Origin: an uncultured Draconibacterium sp.
GTDB lineage: Bacteria; Bacteroidota; Bacteroidia; Bacteroidales; Prolixibacteraceae
Length of the DNA stretch: 64,000 bases
Assembly (NCBI RefSeq): GCF_963676735.2
Contig: NZ_OY781464.1
Span: 4,260,476-4,324,475 of the forward strand
Direction of reading: 5' to 3'
Position 1 is the first letter of the stretch. The number at the start of each line of letters is the position of its first letter. Below are positions 27,553-36,855 of this stretch, one piece after another. The notes under the pieces are model-generated. The model worked only from the letters and a program-made list of their open reading frames with translations. It had not been told where the DNA came from and ran no database searches. A program made the position numbers and the translations under genes.

Positions 27553-28113
27553 ATGAAAATTACTTTTTTTGCCACCTTATTATTTGCGCTTACTCTGAAC
27601 AGTTTTGCACAAGAATTGAACCTTGGCGATACAGCACCTGAATTTTCAGCCTTAGCTGACGATGGTTCGATGTGGAATGCAAAAGATTACCTGGGCAGCA
27701 AATTTATTGTGGTTTATTTTTATCCGGCAGCAATGACCGGAGGCTGCACCAAACAAGCATGTGCTTACCGCGATTTAAAAAATGATATCGATAAAGCCGA
27801 TGCCCTGGTAGTTGGCGTAAGTGGCGACAATATTGATGGCTTGAAGCTATTTAAAAAAGTACACGAACTAAATTTCCCGTTGTTATCAGACGAAAATGGT
27901 GAAATAGCCAAAAAATTTGGTGTTCCGATACGCGATGGAGGAAGTATTACTCGAGAAATTGATGGGCAAAACATTGAACTTTTCAGAAGCAATACACCTT
28001 CGCGCTGGACATTTATTATCGACAAAAAAGGCAGCATTGTTTACAAGAATACTGCTGTTGATGCCAGTAACGATTCCAGCGAAATTTTAGAGTTTATCAA
28101 AAACAATTCTTAA
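27553..28113 (+). CDS. bcp: Peroxiredoxin (BCP/PrxQ type) with signal peptide
   Basis: FYPAAMTGGCTKQAC (PxxxTxxC...C), VVGVSGD, FPLLSD, RWTFIIDKKG. Confidence 0.88.
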   Translation: MKITFFATLLFALTLNSFAQELNLGDTAPEFSALADDGSMWNAKDYLGSKFIVVYFYPAAMTGGCTKQACAYRDLKNDIDKADALVVGVSGDNIDGLKLFKKVHELNFPLLSDENGEIAKKFGVPIRDGGSITREIDGQNIELFRSNTPSRWTFIIDKKGSIVYKNTAVDASNDSSEILEFIKNNS

Positions 28114-28146
28114 ATTGCGCCCATACGAACCCATAAATTAAAGAAA

Positions 28147-28536
28147 ATGAAAAGATTGTGTACGCTTTTTGCACTGGTTTTTGTTTTCTCCCTTACAGTT
28201 CCAAAATCTTCTTCAGCACAAGTTAAGCAAACCGAAACTTACGACGTTACCATTAAATTTGGTAACGATGTTGTTTCATTTACTCTTAACTCCGGAGTTG
28301 AAAGTATAAAAATTTCTCCATCGGGTAATTACCTGAAAATCCTTACTTTCCAGCTTGATGCTGATGATCCGTTATTAAACCTGGCCATGCCTTATGCCGT
28401 GGTTAAAATATCGTTAAACGCCGATATTGATGGCGATGGAAAAACAGACTTAAGTTTAAAAGATAAACGGGCAGTTATTACGCCCAGCGGAAATGTAAAA
28501 CTGGTTTATCATTACAACGGAAATAAAAAAGAATAA
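28147..28536 (+). CDS. Small exported hypothetical protein
   Basis: Signal peptide ending SSSA-Q; contains DIDGDGKTD. Confidence 0.75.
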   Translation: MKRLCTLFALVFVFSLTVPKSSSAQVKQTETYDVTIKFGNDVVSFTLNSGVESIKISPSGNYLKILTFQLDADDPLLNLAMPYAVVKISLNADIDGDGKTDLSLKDKRAVITPSGNVKLVYHYNGNKKE

Positions 28537-28540
28537 CTTA

Positions 28541-28565
28541 AAGGAGCAAGATTGCTCCTTTTTTT
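28541..28565 (+). terminator. Rho-independent terminator
   Basis: AAGGAGCAA-GA-TTGCTCCTT followed by a T run. Confidence 0.85.
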
Positions 28566-28588
28566 GTTCGTCACATGGGCATAAAAAT

Positions 28589-28596
28589 TATCTTTG
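28589..28596 (+). promoter_or_regulatory. mfd -7 element TATCTTTG
   Basis: TAnnTTTG with TTTG at 28563-28566; supports a start at TTG 28612 rather than 28594. Confidence 0.6.
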
Positions 28597-28611
28597 CCCA
28601 AAATTGTAGTT

Positions 28612-31600
28612 TTGGAAACATCCAGGTTTCTAAAATATTTTGAGGGGCATCAATTATTTTCGCAGGCAATAAAAAAAGCCACGGCCCCCCCGGGTGAAAA
28701 AATTCACCTGCATGGGCTTATTGGCTCTTCCAAAACCATCCTACTCTCCCAACTCTTTCAACAGGTTCAAAAAAATTCTGTTGTACTACTCAACGATCGT
28801 GAGGAAGCTGCCTATTTTTTCGACGACCTGAATAACCTTGGGCTGACAGAAAACACGCTCTTTTTCCCGTCGTCGTACAAACGCTCTGTGCAGTACGATA
28901 ATCCTGAGCAAGAGAACGTGGTGCAACGCACCGAAGTATTAAACCTGTTGGCAGGACAGGAGCAGCCTTATCTTATTATTACCTACCCCGAAGCACTTAT
29001 CGAAAAAGTGATTTCGAACGAAAACCTGGAAAGCAACACGCTACAAATAAAAAACGGCGATAAAATCTCTATCGATTTCATCAACGAATTTTTATATGAA
29101 TATGGTTTTGAGCGGGTTGACTTTGTTTACGAACCCGGCCAGTTTTCAATTCGTGGAAGTATTGTCGATATCTTTTCCTTTTCACATGAAGACCCCTATC
29201 GCCTTGATTTTTTTGGCGAAGAAATTGATTCTATCCGTAGTTTCGACATCGAAAACCAGCTTTCAAAAGAACGGTTTAAGCAAATTACCATTGTTCCAAA
29301 TATTCAAAACAATAGCCTTGAAGGGAACCGAATATCGTTTATTGATTTTGCAGGAACGGAATGCCTGTGGTTTGGAAACAGCCTGAATCTTTTTTCTGAT
29401 CGGCTTGCAGAACTTCACCGGCAAACTATTATTTCGCGCGAAGATGAGGCCATTGCCGACCAGCTGCTTACTGCCAACGAACTGGAAACTCAACTAAATG
29501 CAAAAACTGTATTTGATTTTGGCAACGACCTGGCCTTTCCTGCTGAAAATAAAATTGATTTTGCCACTTCGAACCAACCGGTATTCAATAAAAATTTCGA
29601 ACTGCTGGGTTCGAACCTCACCGAACACCGGAATAATGGCTACGAGATTTTTATTCTCTCTAACCAGGAAAAGCAGATTGAACGCCTGCAATCGATTTTT
29701 GCCGATACCGATATTAAGCTAAGCTTTAATGCTGTAAACTTTGTGTTACACGAAGGATTTATCGACCACGAGTTAAAGGCGTGTTTTTACACCGACCACC
29801 AGATTTTTGAACGCTACCACCGGTTTAAACTTAAAAACCGAAAAGCACAACGCGAAGCCATTTCGTTAAAAGAACTGAACAAGCTGCATCCGGGCGATTA
29901 TGTGGTGCACATCGACCATGGAATTGGGAAATTTGCAGGGTTGGCGCGTACTGAAGTGAACGGAAAAATGCAGGAAGCTATCCGCCTGGTATACAAAGAC
30001 AACGATTCGCTACTGGTAAGTATTCACTCCTTACACCGCATATCGAAATACAAAGGCAAAGACGGTGGCGAGCCCAAAATTAACAAACTGGGTACCGGTG
30101 CGTGGCAAAAAATGAAAAACCGCACCAAATCAAAAGTAAAAGACATTGCCAAAGAGTTAATTGCTTTGTATGCCAAACGTCGGGCCGAAAAAGGATATGC
30201 TTTCTCGCACGACTCGTATTTACAAACCGAACTGGAAGCTTCTTTTATTTACGAAGACACGCCTGACCAGGAAAAATCGACTGCGGCAGTTAAAGCAGAT
30301 ATGGAAAAAACAATTCCGATGGACCGACTGGTGTGTGGCGATGTGGGCTTCGGGAAAACAGAAATTGCCATACGGGCGGCTTTTAAAGCTGTTACCGATA
30401 GTAAACAAGTGGCAGTATTGGTTCCCACCACCATTCTTGCATTTCAACATTTTAAAACATTTACCGAACGTCTGGCCGATTTTCCGGTTAAAATAGAATA
30501 TGTTAGCCGCTTAAAATCAACTGCGCAAATAAAAGCGGCATTGCGCGATGTTGCCGATGGAAAAACCGATATTATAATTGGAACACACCGTTTGGTTAGT
30601 AAAGACGTAAAATTTAAAGACCTTGGCTTATTAATTATCGACGAGGAGCAAAAGTTTGGTGTATCGGTTAAAGAAAAACTAAAACAGTTTAAGGTAAACG
30701 TTGATACCTTAACACTTACGGCAACTCCAATTCCGCGTACCTTACAATTCTCGCTGATGGGTGCCCGCGATTTATCGATTATTCAAACGCCACCCCCCAA
30801 CCGTTACCCCATTGTTACCGAAGTGCATGGCTTTAACGAACAAATGATAAAAGAGGCCATTTTATACGAAATGGACCGAAACGGGCAGGTATTCTTCATT
30901 CATAACCGCGTTCAAAATATTTATGAAGTTGAAGCAACCATAAAACGAATCGTTCCGGGTGTGAAAACGGTTGTTGGCCACGGGCAAATGGAAGGACCAA
31001 AGCTTGAAAAAGTAATGCTCGATTTTATAAATGGTAAATTTGATGTGCTCATTGCCACCACAATTATTGAATCGGGACTTGACATTCCGAATGCCAATAC
31101 AATAATTATTAACCAGGCGCAAAACTTTGGGTTAAGCGATTTACACCAGTTGCGCGGACGTGTTGGCCGGTCGAATAAAAAAGCTTTTTGCTATTTAATT
31201 GCCCCACCGCTGTCAACAGTGAGTCCCGAAGCTCGGCGCAGGCTACAAGCTATTGAGCAGTTTTCGGAATTGGGCAGCGGTTTTAACATTGCCATGCAAG
31301 ACCTTGATATTCGTGGGGCCGGAAATATGCTGGGAGCCGAGCAAAGTGGCTTTATTGCCGACATTGGTTTTGAAACCTACCACCGCATATTAAACGAGGC
31401 CATTCAGGAATTGAAACAAGATGAATTTAAAGACCTTTTTGCTGCAGAAGACCAAGGCCAGTCGCAAGCCTTCCTGAAACTAAAATACGTTAACGACTGT
31501 ACCATCGACACCGACATGGAATTACTTTTTCCAGCCGACTATATTCCGGGCAACTCAGAGCGAATGATGCTGTACCGCGAACTGGATAACATTGAAAGCC

Positions 31601-31953
31601 AGGAAGAACTCGACCGCTTTACCAAAGGCCTTGAAGACCGGTTTGGCCAGCTGCCGCGCGAAAGCCGCGAATTAATCGATATCCTTCCCCTACGCTGGAA
31701 AGCCATTAATTTAAGCATGGAAAAAATCATCCTGAAAAACAAAAAAATGATTTGCTACTTTGTGGCCGACCAAAAATCGTCGTTTTACCAATCGGGCGAT
31801 TTTATAAAAATTGTACAGTACGTACAAAAAGGAAAAACAAAAGGCCGGATGAAAGAAACCAAAGGAAAACTAACCTTGAGTTTTTCGAACGTACCAAATG
31901 TGGAAACTGCCGATTATATTTTGAAAGAGATTGAAGCCGAAGTAAAAAGTTAA
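28612..31953 (+). CDS. mfd: Transcription-repair coupling factor
   Basis: UvrB-like N-terminus, CarD/RID (PGDYVVHIDHGIGKF), DRLVCGDVGFGKTE, DEEQ, TATPIPRTL, QLRGRVGR, TRCF C-terminus. Confidence 0.97.
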   Translation: METSRFLKYFEGHQLFSQAIKKATAPPGEKIHLHGLIGSSKTILLSQLFQQVQKNSVVLLNDREEAAYFFDDLNNLGLTENTLFFPSSYKRSVQYDNPEQENVVQRTEVLNLLAGQEQPYLIITYPEALIEKVISNENLESNTLQIKNGDKISIDFINEFLYEYGFERVDFVYEPGQFSIRGSIVDIFSFSHEDPYRLDFFGEEIDSIRSFDIENQLSKERFKQITIVPNIQNNSLEGNRISFIDFAGTECLWFGNSLNLFSDRLAELHRQTIISREDEAIADQLLTANELETQLNAKTVFDFGNDLAFPAENKIDFATSNQPVFNKNFELLGSNLTEHRNNGYEIFILSNQEKQIERLQSIFADTDIKLSFNAVNFVLHEGFIDHELKACFYTDHQIFERYHRFKLKNRKAQREAISLKELNKLHPGDYVVHIDHGIGKFAGLARTEVNGKMQEAIRLVYKDNDSLLVSIHSLHRISKYKGKDGGEPKINKLGTGAWQKMKNRTKSKVKDIAKELIALYAKRRAEKGYAFSHDSYLQTELEASFIYEDTPDQEKSTAAVKADMEKTIPMDRLVCGDVGFGKTEIAIRAAFKAVTDSKQVAVLVPTTILAFQHFKTFTERLADFPVKIEYVSRLKSTAQIKAALRDVADGKTDIIIGTHRLVSKDVKFKDLGLLIIDEEQKFGVSVKEKLKQFKVNVDTLTLTATPIPRTLQFSLMGARDLSIIQTPPPNRYPIVTEVHGFNEQMIKEAILYEMDRNGQVFFIHNRVQNIYEVEATIKRIVPGVKTVVGHGQMEGPKLEKVMLDFINGKFDVLIATTIIESGLDIPNANTIIINQAQNFGLSDLHQLRGRVGRSNKKAFCYLIAPPLSTVSPEARRRLQAIEQFSELGSGFNIAMQDLDIRGAGNMLGAEQSGFIADIGFETYHRILNEAIQELKQDEFKDLFAAEDQGQSQAFLKLKYVNDCTIDTDMELLFPADYIPGNSERMMLYRELDNIESQEELDRFTKGLEDRFGQLPRESRELIDILPLRWKAINLSMEKIILKNKKMICYFVADQKSSFYQSGDFIKIVQYVQKGKTKGRMKETKGKLTLSFSNVPNVETADYILKEIEAEVKS

Positions 31954-32115
31954 GGCGCTGTGCTTTCAATCCGCCTTTAAGCGTTAAAACCCAATCAATT
32001 CTGCACCAATTGTAAATGCGATTAAAAAAAAATACCGATATTGGCGTACAAAGGCAACCAAATCATTTGAAGCAACATCTGTAATAATAACTCAGAAAAA
32101 TTTAAAATCAGGAAT

Positions 32116-32832
32116 ATGAATAAAATGAAAAACCTTGGAAAAATTCTGACAATAGTTGCACTTGCTACAGCGCTGTTTGCCTGTAGCGACGACGATGGCG
32201 GAGAACCATTTGAAATTATTGGTGATGTGTTTGTAATAAAACGTACCATGGATGACGAGGTTAAGTACGCCAATTCGTACGCAGCATGGGGCAACCAACC
32301 TATGAGCATGGCAAAAGTAACTACTCCCCTAGGAGCAGAAATTACCTTAAGCCCGGCTTCTGAAAATTCGTATACCTACGCCAAAGAACCAACAACAAGC
32401 GACTACAGCACCGCCTGGCCGGTTGAAGACAACTACCAGTTTTTGGTTATTAACGAAGACATTACACACCAGGCAGTTGATTTACTGGATTTTGATGATA
32501 TTGAATTTTCAACCATTTCTTCCACCGGTTTTGTAGGTACTGATTTAAGTGTAGAGTGGGAAAGCAATCCATTGGCCGAAGCTTATATGATCCGGCTCTA
32601 CAATTCAAACAAACAAATTGCATTTCATAGCCAAACCTTACCCACACAAATGACCCGCCTTGACTTTGGCCCTGGTACAGCATCCGGTTCGTGGAGCGAA
32701 ACTCCGGAAGCTGGCAAGGTTTATACGCTGGAGTTGCTAACTTTTAGGTTTGAAGATGATGCAACCAGCAGCGATGCAGCTTTTCATATTCAGGAAATTG
32801 CCATAACCGAAACAGAAGTTACCTGGCAGTAA
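32116..32832 (+). CDS. Acidic surface lipoprotein, paralog A
   Basis: Lipobox LFAC followed by SDDD (acidic surface-export-like signal); aligns with 33034-33747. Confidence 0.82.
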   Translation: MNKMKNLGKILTIVALATALFACSDDDGGEPFEIIGDVFVIKRTMDDEVKYANSYAAWGNQPMSMAKVTTPLGAEITLSPASENSYTYAKEPTTSDYSTAWPVEDNYQFLVINEDITHQAVDLLDFDDIEFSTISSTGFVGTDLSVEWESNPLAEAYMIRLYNSNKQIAFHSQTLPTQMTRLDFGPGTASGSWSETPEAGKVYTLELLTFRFEDDATSSDAAFHIQEIAITETEVTWQ

Positions 32833-32850
32833 AAAAATATTCAACAAGAG

Positions 32851-32878
32851 AACCGCCTGAGTTTCAGGCGGTTTTTTT
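32851..32878 (+). terminator. Rho-independent terminator
   Basis: AACCGCCTGA-GTT-TCAGGCGGTT plus T run. Confidence 0.88.
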
Positions 32879-33033
32879 ATGTCCAAAAGTAAGGCCGGTT
32901 GCTGTTATCCTGTCGGCGCCTATTTTTATTACTGCCAAAAGCAACTTTAAGGCCGGTAGTTGCATCCATCATGAGTAAACATTTAACGTAGGGAATCAGA
33001 AACTGATTCTGTATAATAAAAAAAAACAAAGTG

Positions 33034-33747
33034 ATGAACATTCAGAAAATTGGAAAACTGCTGGTTATTTTATTTATAGTAACCGGCTTTGCGGCATGCA
33101 ACGACGACGAAACAGAGAATTTTGAATTAATCGGTGAGGTTTTAACTACCAAACGTACAATTAACGGAGAAGACAAATACGCCCAAACCTACTACGCGTA
33201 TGCTAACCAGGGCATGGACTCGGCCGTAGTTATTCTTCCCAACGGCACAAACGTTGCACTTTCCTCCGGGGGCTCGCAAAATCTTACCTACATGAAAGAA
33301 CCTTCAATGGAAGATTATTCGGCCTTTGCTGCCGGAGCCGGAAATTATGAATTTGTGGTTAAATCAAACGACCTTGAATACACTGCAACAGAAAACCACG
33401 TATTTACCGACATTAGCATTCCAACTATTGATTCGGTTGGCTTAGACTACGCAAACCAGCTGGTTGGTGTAGCCTGGGAAAATTACGAAGATGCCGACAC
33501 CTATGTTGTACGACTATTTGATGAAGACCGAGAAACCGTTTTTATTAGTTATTACTTTGCCGACACAGCATACGAAATTACCCTCGACAGCAGCACTGGC
33601 TCGTGGCAAAAAACATTACAAGACGGCTCAACCTACACAATAGAGGTGCAGGCCATGATATTTGACGAGGAAGCTACTGACTCCGATTATTATTTTCACA
33701 TTCAATCCATTGCAATTGGATCAGAAGAATTTATTTGGCAAGAATAA
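33034..33747 (+). CDS. Acidic surface lipoprotein, paralog B
   Basis: Lipobox FAAC followed by NDDE; shares FE.IG.V...KRT, Y.KEP...DYS and FHIQ.IAI...W with paralog A. Confidence 0.82.
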   Translation: MNIQKIGKLLVILFIVTGFAACNDDETENFELIGEVLTTKRTINGEDKYAQTYYAYANQGMDSAVVILPNGTNVALSSGGSQNLTYMKEPSMEDYSAFAAGAGNYEFVVKSNDLEYTATENHVFTDISIPTIDSVGLDYANQLVGVAWENYEDADTYVVRLFDEDRETVFISYYFADTAYEITLDSSTGSWQKTLQDGSTYTIEVQAMIFDEEATDSDYYFHIQSIAIGSEEFIWQE

Positions 33748-33768
33748 ATTAAATTCACCACCGCATAC

Positions 33769-33797
33769 AACCGCTTGAATATCAGGCGGTTTTTTTA
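33769..33797 (+). terminator. Rho-independent terminator (homologous to 32851-32878)
   Basis: AACCGCTTGA-ATA-TCAGGCGGTT plus T run. Confidence 0.85.
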
Positions 33798-33812
33798 TAC
33801 CACAAATCATAC

Positions 33813-33937
33813 TACTATATTTATAGTATTTTTTCTATTAAAATAGTTTTATTTCTAAATAATTAGTACTATGTTTGTAGTATAAATATTTTTAGTATGA
33901 TTTTTGTACTCGGCACTTACTACTAAAAATCTTAGTA
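33813..33937. promoter_or_regulatory. Putative BlaI-family operator array (TACTA-N6/7-TAGTA) overlapping the -7 element
   Basis: Boxes at 33813-33828, 33853-33868 (1 mismatch), 33867-33882 (contains TATGTTTG) and 33921-33937. Confidence 0.7.
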
Positions 33938-33946
33938 CTGTATAAA

Positions 33947-34324
33947 ATGAAAACACTAACAAAAGCGGAAGAACAAGTGATGCAAATCCTTTGGGATTTG
34001 AAAGAGGGAGTTGTAAAACAAGTTGTTGAAGGCTTTGGAGAAAGCAAACCCGCCTACACCACCGTTGCAACGGTTTTAAATGTATTGGAAAAAAAGGGTT
34101 TTGTTTCGCGACGAAAAATTGGAAATACGAATCTTTTTTCGCCCGCAGTTAGTAAAACCGAATATACCAAAGTTCAGTTCTCTTCGCTTCTTAAAAACTA
34201 CTTTAACGGTTCGTTTCCTAAAATGGCAACATTTTTTGCCCGCGAAAATAACCTGGGAATGGAAGAATTGGAAGAGATGCTTAAGCTTACCGAGAATGAA
34301 TTAAACAAAGAGAACAAAAAATAG
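33947..34324 (+). CDS. BlaI/MecI/CopY family repressor
   Basis: LTKAEEQVMQILW, AYTTVATVLNVLEKKGFV, LLKNYFNGS. Confidence 0.93.
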   Translation: MKTLTKAEEQVMQILWDLKEGVVKQVVEGFGESKPAYTTVATVLNVLEKKGFVSRRKIGNTNLFSPAVSKTEYTKVQFSSLLKNYFNGSFPKMATFFARENNLGMEELEEMLKLTENELNKENKK

Positions 34325-34326
34325 CC

Positions 34327-36003
34327 ATGGAAACTTTATTACAATATCTACTGAATTCATCAGCCGGAATTGCCTTGTTTTTTATGGTATACTGGCTGTT
34401 TTTGCGGCACGAAACCTTCCATGCCGCTAACCGCTGGTTTTTGGTAGCATCACTTTTTCTGGCCATTATGCTCCCATTAATTCCTGTTCAATACGATGTT
34501 TTAATTGAAGCACAAAATCAAAAAACAGCCACCCGCACAATTAGCGACACCTTTAAAAATATACCGGTTTTTGCGGCTACCGATGAAGCAACCAGCCATT
34601 TTGGTTGGCAGCAGGCCATACTACTTGTTTACCTTACCGGAGCTGCCATATTCTTTATTCGCTTACTTACCCAAACTCTTGTGCTTATTCATTTAATGAT
34701 GAAATACCGTGTAAAATCGTTTAACGGTGTTCGCATTGTTGAAAACGAAAAATACGGACTCCCCTTTTCATTTTTTAATATCGTATTTCTAAATCCGAAG
34801 TTTCACACACAGGACGACCTGCCGGAAATTCTGGCTCACGAAAAAGTGCACATTCGTGAGAATCACTGGTTCGACCTGCTTCTTATAGAACTGTTAACAG
34901 TCATCTTTTGGTTCAACCCATTTATTTGGTTGTTTGAACGAGCAATTAAACAAAACCATGAGTACCTGGCCGACAAAGGTGTCCTTGCGCAGGGACACAC
35001 TGTAGGCCGCTACCAGGCTTTATTAGTAAACCAGCTAATGGGCATGCAAATTATTGGCATTACCAATAACCTGAATTTTGCCCTTAGCACAAATCGATTA
35101 AAAATGATGACGAAAAAGAAAACATCAGCCCGCCGGCTGATAAAATTAACCTGGGCATTGCCCGCTCTTGCGCTATTGTTGTTCGCTTTTGCCGAACCGC
35201 AATACACCTACAAGAATGCTGAACTAATAGGAAACAAAACCGTTGCAACCGAAACGAAATCGGAGAAAGAACTTACTATTGTTGGTAAAGTTGTTTCGAA
35301 AGAAACGGGTGACGTAATTCCCGGAGCTTCAATAGTTATTAAAGGCTCAACGGTGGGTTGCGTGTCAGACCGCGATGGAACTTTTACGCTTGTTGATACA
35401 AATCCAACGGTAAAAGCTGATGGTAGTTTGAGTACCGAAGTTGTGGTTTCGTTTGTTGGCCTAAAAACCATTGTGAATTCAATTTCGGCCTCCGGGTCGG
35501 CGATAAACAAAGCCAAACATACCTTTCAGATGGAAGAGGCTGTTCAAATGATTTACAACCGAGCGTACACTGGTGAACAGTTAGTTCCTCCACCACCACC
35601 GCCACCGCCTGCAAATAAAAACAAAACTGAAAAAATCGTTAAGAAAGGCGACAAAAGTGCAAACGTTCCTCCTCCACCACCGCCTGCAACAGGCGAAAAA
35701 GAAGTGTTTTTTATTGTAGAAGACATGCCGAAATACCCCGGAGGATTCGAGGCATTGAGTAACTACATTGAGAAAATGCAAAAGAAAATTGCTGTTCAGA
35801 AAAAAGTTAGCGGCAAAGCCAAAGTAAGCTTTACCGTATCAACATCAGGCAAAGTAACCGATATTAAAGTGGTTGAAAAAGATAACGACATGGCAGCCAA
35901 AGGAGCTTATATGCTTGCCAATGAAATGCAGAACTGGACTCCCGGTTACCAGCGCGGAAAAGCCGTTTCAGTTAAATATGTTTTACCTGTAGAATTTAAA
36001 TAA
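34327..36003 (+). CDS. BlaR1/M56 peptidase fused to a carboxypeptidase-regulatory-like domain, Pro-rich linker and TonB C-terminal domain
   Basis: ILAHEKVH (HExxH), FWFNPFIW, HEYLADK; IPGASIVIKG; two poly-Pro tracts; VEDMPKYPGG...WTPGYQRGKAVSVKYVLPVEF. Confidence 0.9.
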   Translation: METLLQYLLNSSAGIALFFMVYWLFLRHETFHAANRWFLVASLFLAIMLPLIPVQYDVLIEAQNQKTATRTISDTFKNIPVFAATDEATSHFGWQQAILLVYLTGAAIFFIRLLTQTLVLIHLMMKYRVKSFNGVRIVENEKYGLPFSFFNIVFLNPKFHTQDDLPEILAHEKVHIRENHWFDLLLIELLTVIFWFNPFIWLFERAIKQNHEYLADKGVLAQGHTVGRYQALLVNQLMGMQIIGITNNLNFALSTNRLKMMTKKKTSARRLIKLTWALPALALLLFAFAEPQYTYKNAELIGNKTVATETKSEKELTIVGKVVSKETGDVIPGASIVIKGSTVGCVSDRDGTFTLVDTNPTVKADGSLSTEVVVSFVGLKTIVNSISASGSAINKAKHTFQMEEAVQMIYNRAYTGEQLVPPPPPPPPANKNKTEKIVKKGDKSANVPPPPPPATGEKEVFFIVEDMPKYPGGFEALSNYIEKMQKKIAVQKKVSGKAKVSFTVSTSGKVTDIKVVEKDNDMAAKGAYMLANEMQNWTPGYQRGKAVSVKYVLPVEFK

Positions 36004-36028
36004 ACAGAAAATTATAAAAATTACGGTT

Positions 36029-36060
36029 CACCCGTTGACTTTTGTCATCGGGTGTTTTTT
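36029..36060 (+). terminator. Rho-independent terminator
   Basis: CACCCGTTGAC-TTTT-GTCATCGGGTG plus T run. Confidence 0.8.
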
Positions 36061-36125
36061 GTTCCTGAATCTTTGTGCCTTAACGCCTTTGTGGTTAATT
36101 TTATTCTTTTTAAAAGTAGCAGGCC

Positions 36126-36695
36126 ATGAAATCATTGTACTTCAAAACCGCAAAAGACTGGGAAACCTGGTTGGTCCAAAACCACCAAAAAGAATCGGAG
36201 ATAAAACTTATCTATTATAAAAAGCACACGAAAAAACCTTGTATTACCTACGACGAGTCGGTAAAAATTGCCCTCTGCTACGGTTGGATAGATAGCCTGG
36301 TTAACCGCATTGATGAGGAGTGTTACACCCGAAAATTCAGTGTACGAAAATCAAACAGTGTTTGGTCGGAATTGAATAAAAAACGGGTAGCAGAACTCAT
36401 CGATGCTGGTAAAATGCAAGCTGCCGGAATGCGTCTGGTTGACATTGCCAAACAAAACGGAAAATGGGATGAAGTAATTGAACCACCCAAAACCAATCTC
36501 GAAATTTCAGCGGACTTTAAAGCTGCACTTGATGAAAATGCAAAAGCACAACGCTTTTTCAAAAGCCTTACCAAAGCCCAAAAAAATCAATTTATCAAAT
36601 GGATTAATGTGGCGAAGCGCCAAGGGACAAAAGAAAAACGGATTCAGGAATCTATTGAATTGCTGGCTAATAAAAAGACGTTAGGATTAAAGTAA
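36126..36695 (+). CDS. YdeI/OmpD-associated family protein
   Basis: W..WL..NH, ALCYGWIDS, SVWSELNK..V..LI..GKMQAAG, WINVAKR..TKEKRI. Confidence 0.9.
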   Translation: MKSLYFKTAKDWETWLVQNHQKESEIKLIYYKKHTKKPCITYDESVKIALCYGWIDSLVNRIDEECYTRKFSVRKSNSVWSELNKKRVAELIDAGKMQAAGMRLVDIAKQNGKWDEVIEPPKTNLEISADFKAALDENAKAQRFFKSLTKAQKNQFIKWINVAKRQGTKEKRIQESIELLANKKTLGLK

Positions 36696-36704
36696 GACCG
36701 CTAT

Positions 36705-36740
36705 AAAAAACGAAAGGCCGGTTCAATAACCAGCCCTTTC
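36705..36740. terminator. Probable bidirectional terminator between convergent genes
   Basis: Imperfect stem GAAAGGCCGGTT/AACCAGCCCTTTC with a flanking A run. Confidence 0.5.
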
Positions 36741-36855
36741 TCAATCAACCTAAACCTAAACTAAACCAAAAACCAAACCATCTTATGGTATGTAAATCTT
36801 TATGAAGAAAGATTTGTAACAGTAGAACACAAGTAGTAAAAAAAGGTTTACCGAA

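Noticed and set aside
35583-35687. CCA/CCG-rich tandem repeats
   Set aside because: These simply encode the two poly-proline linkers of the M56-TonB protein.
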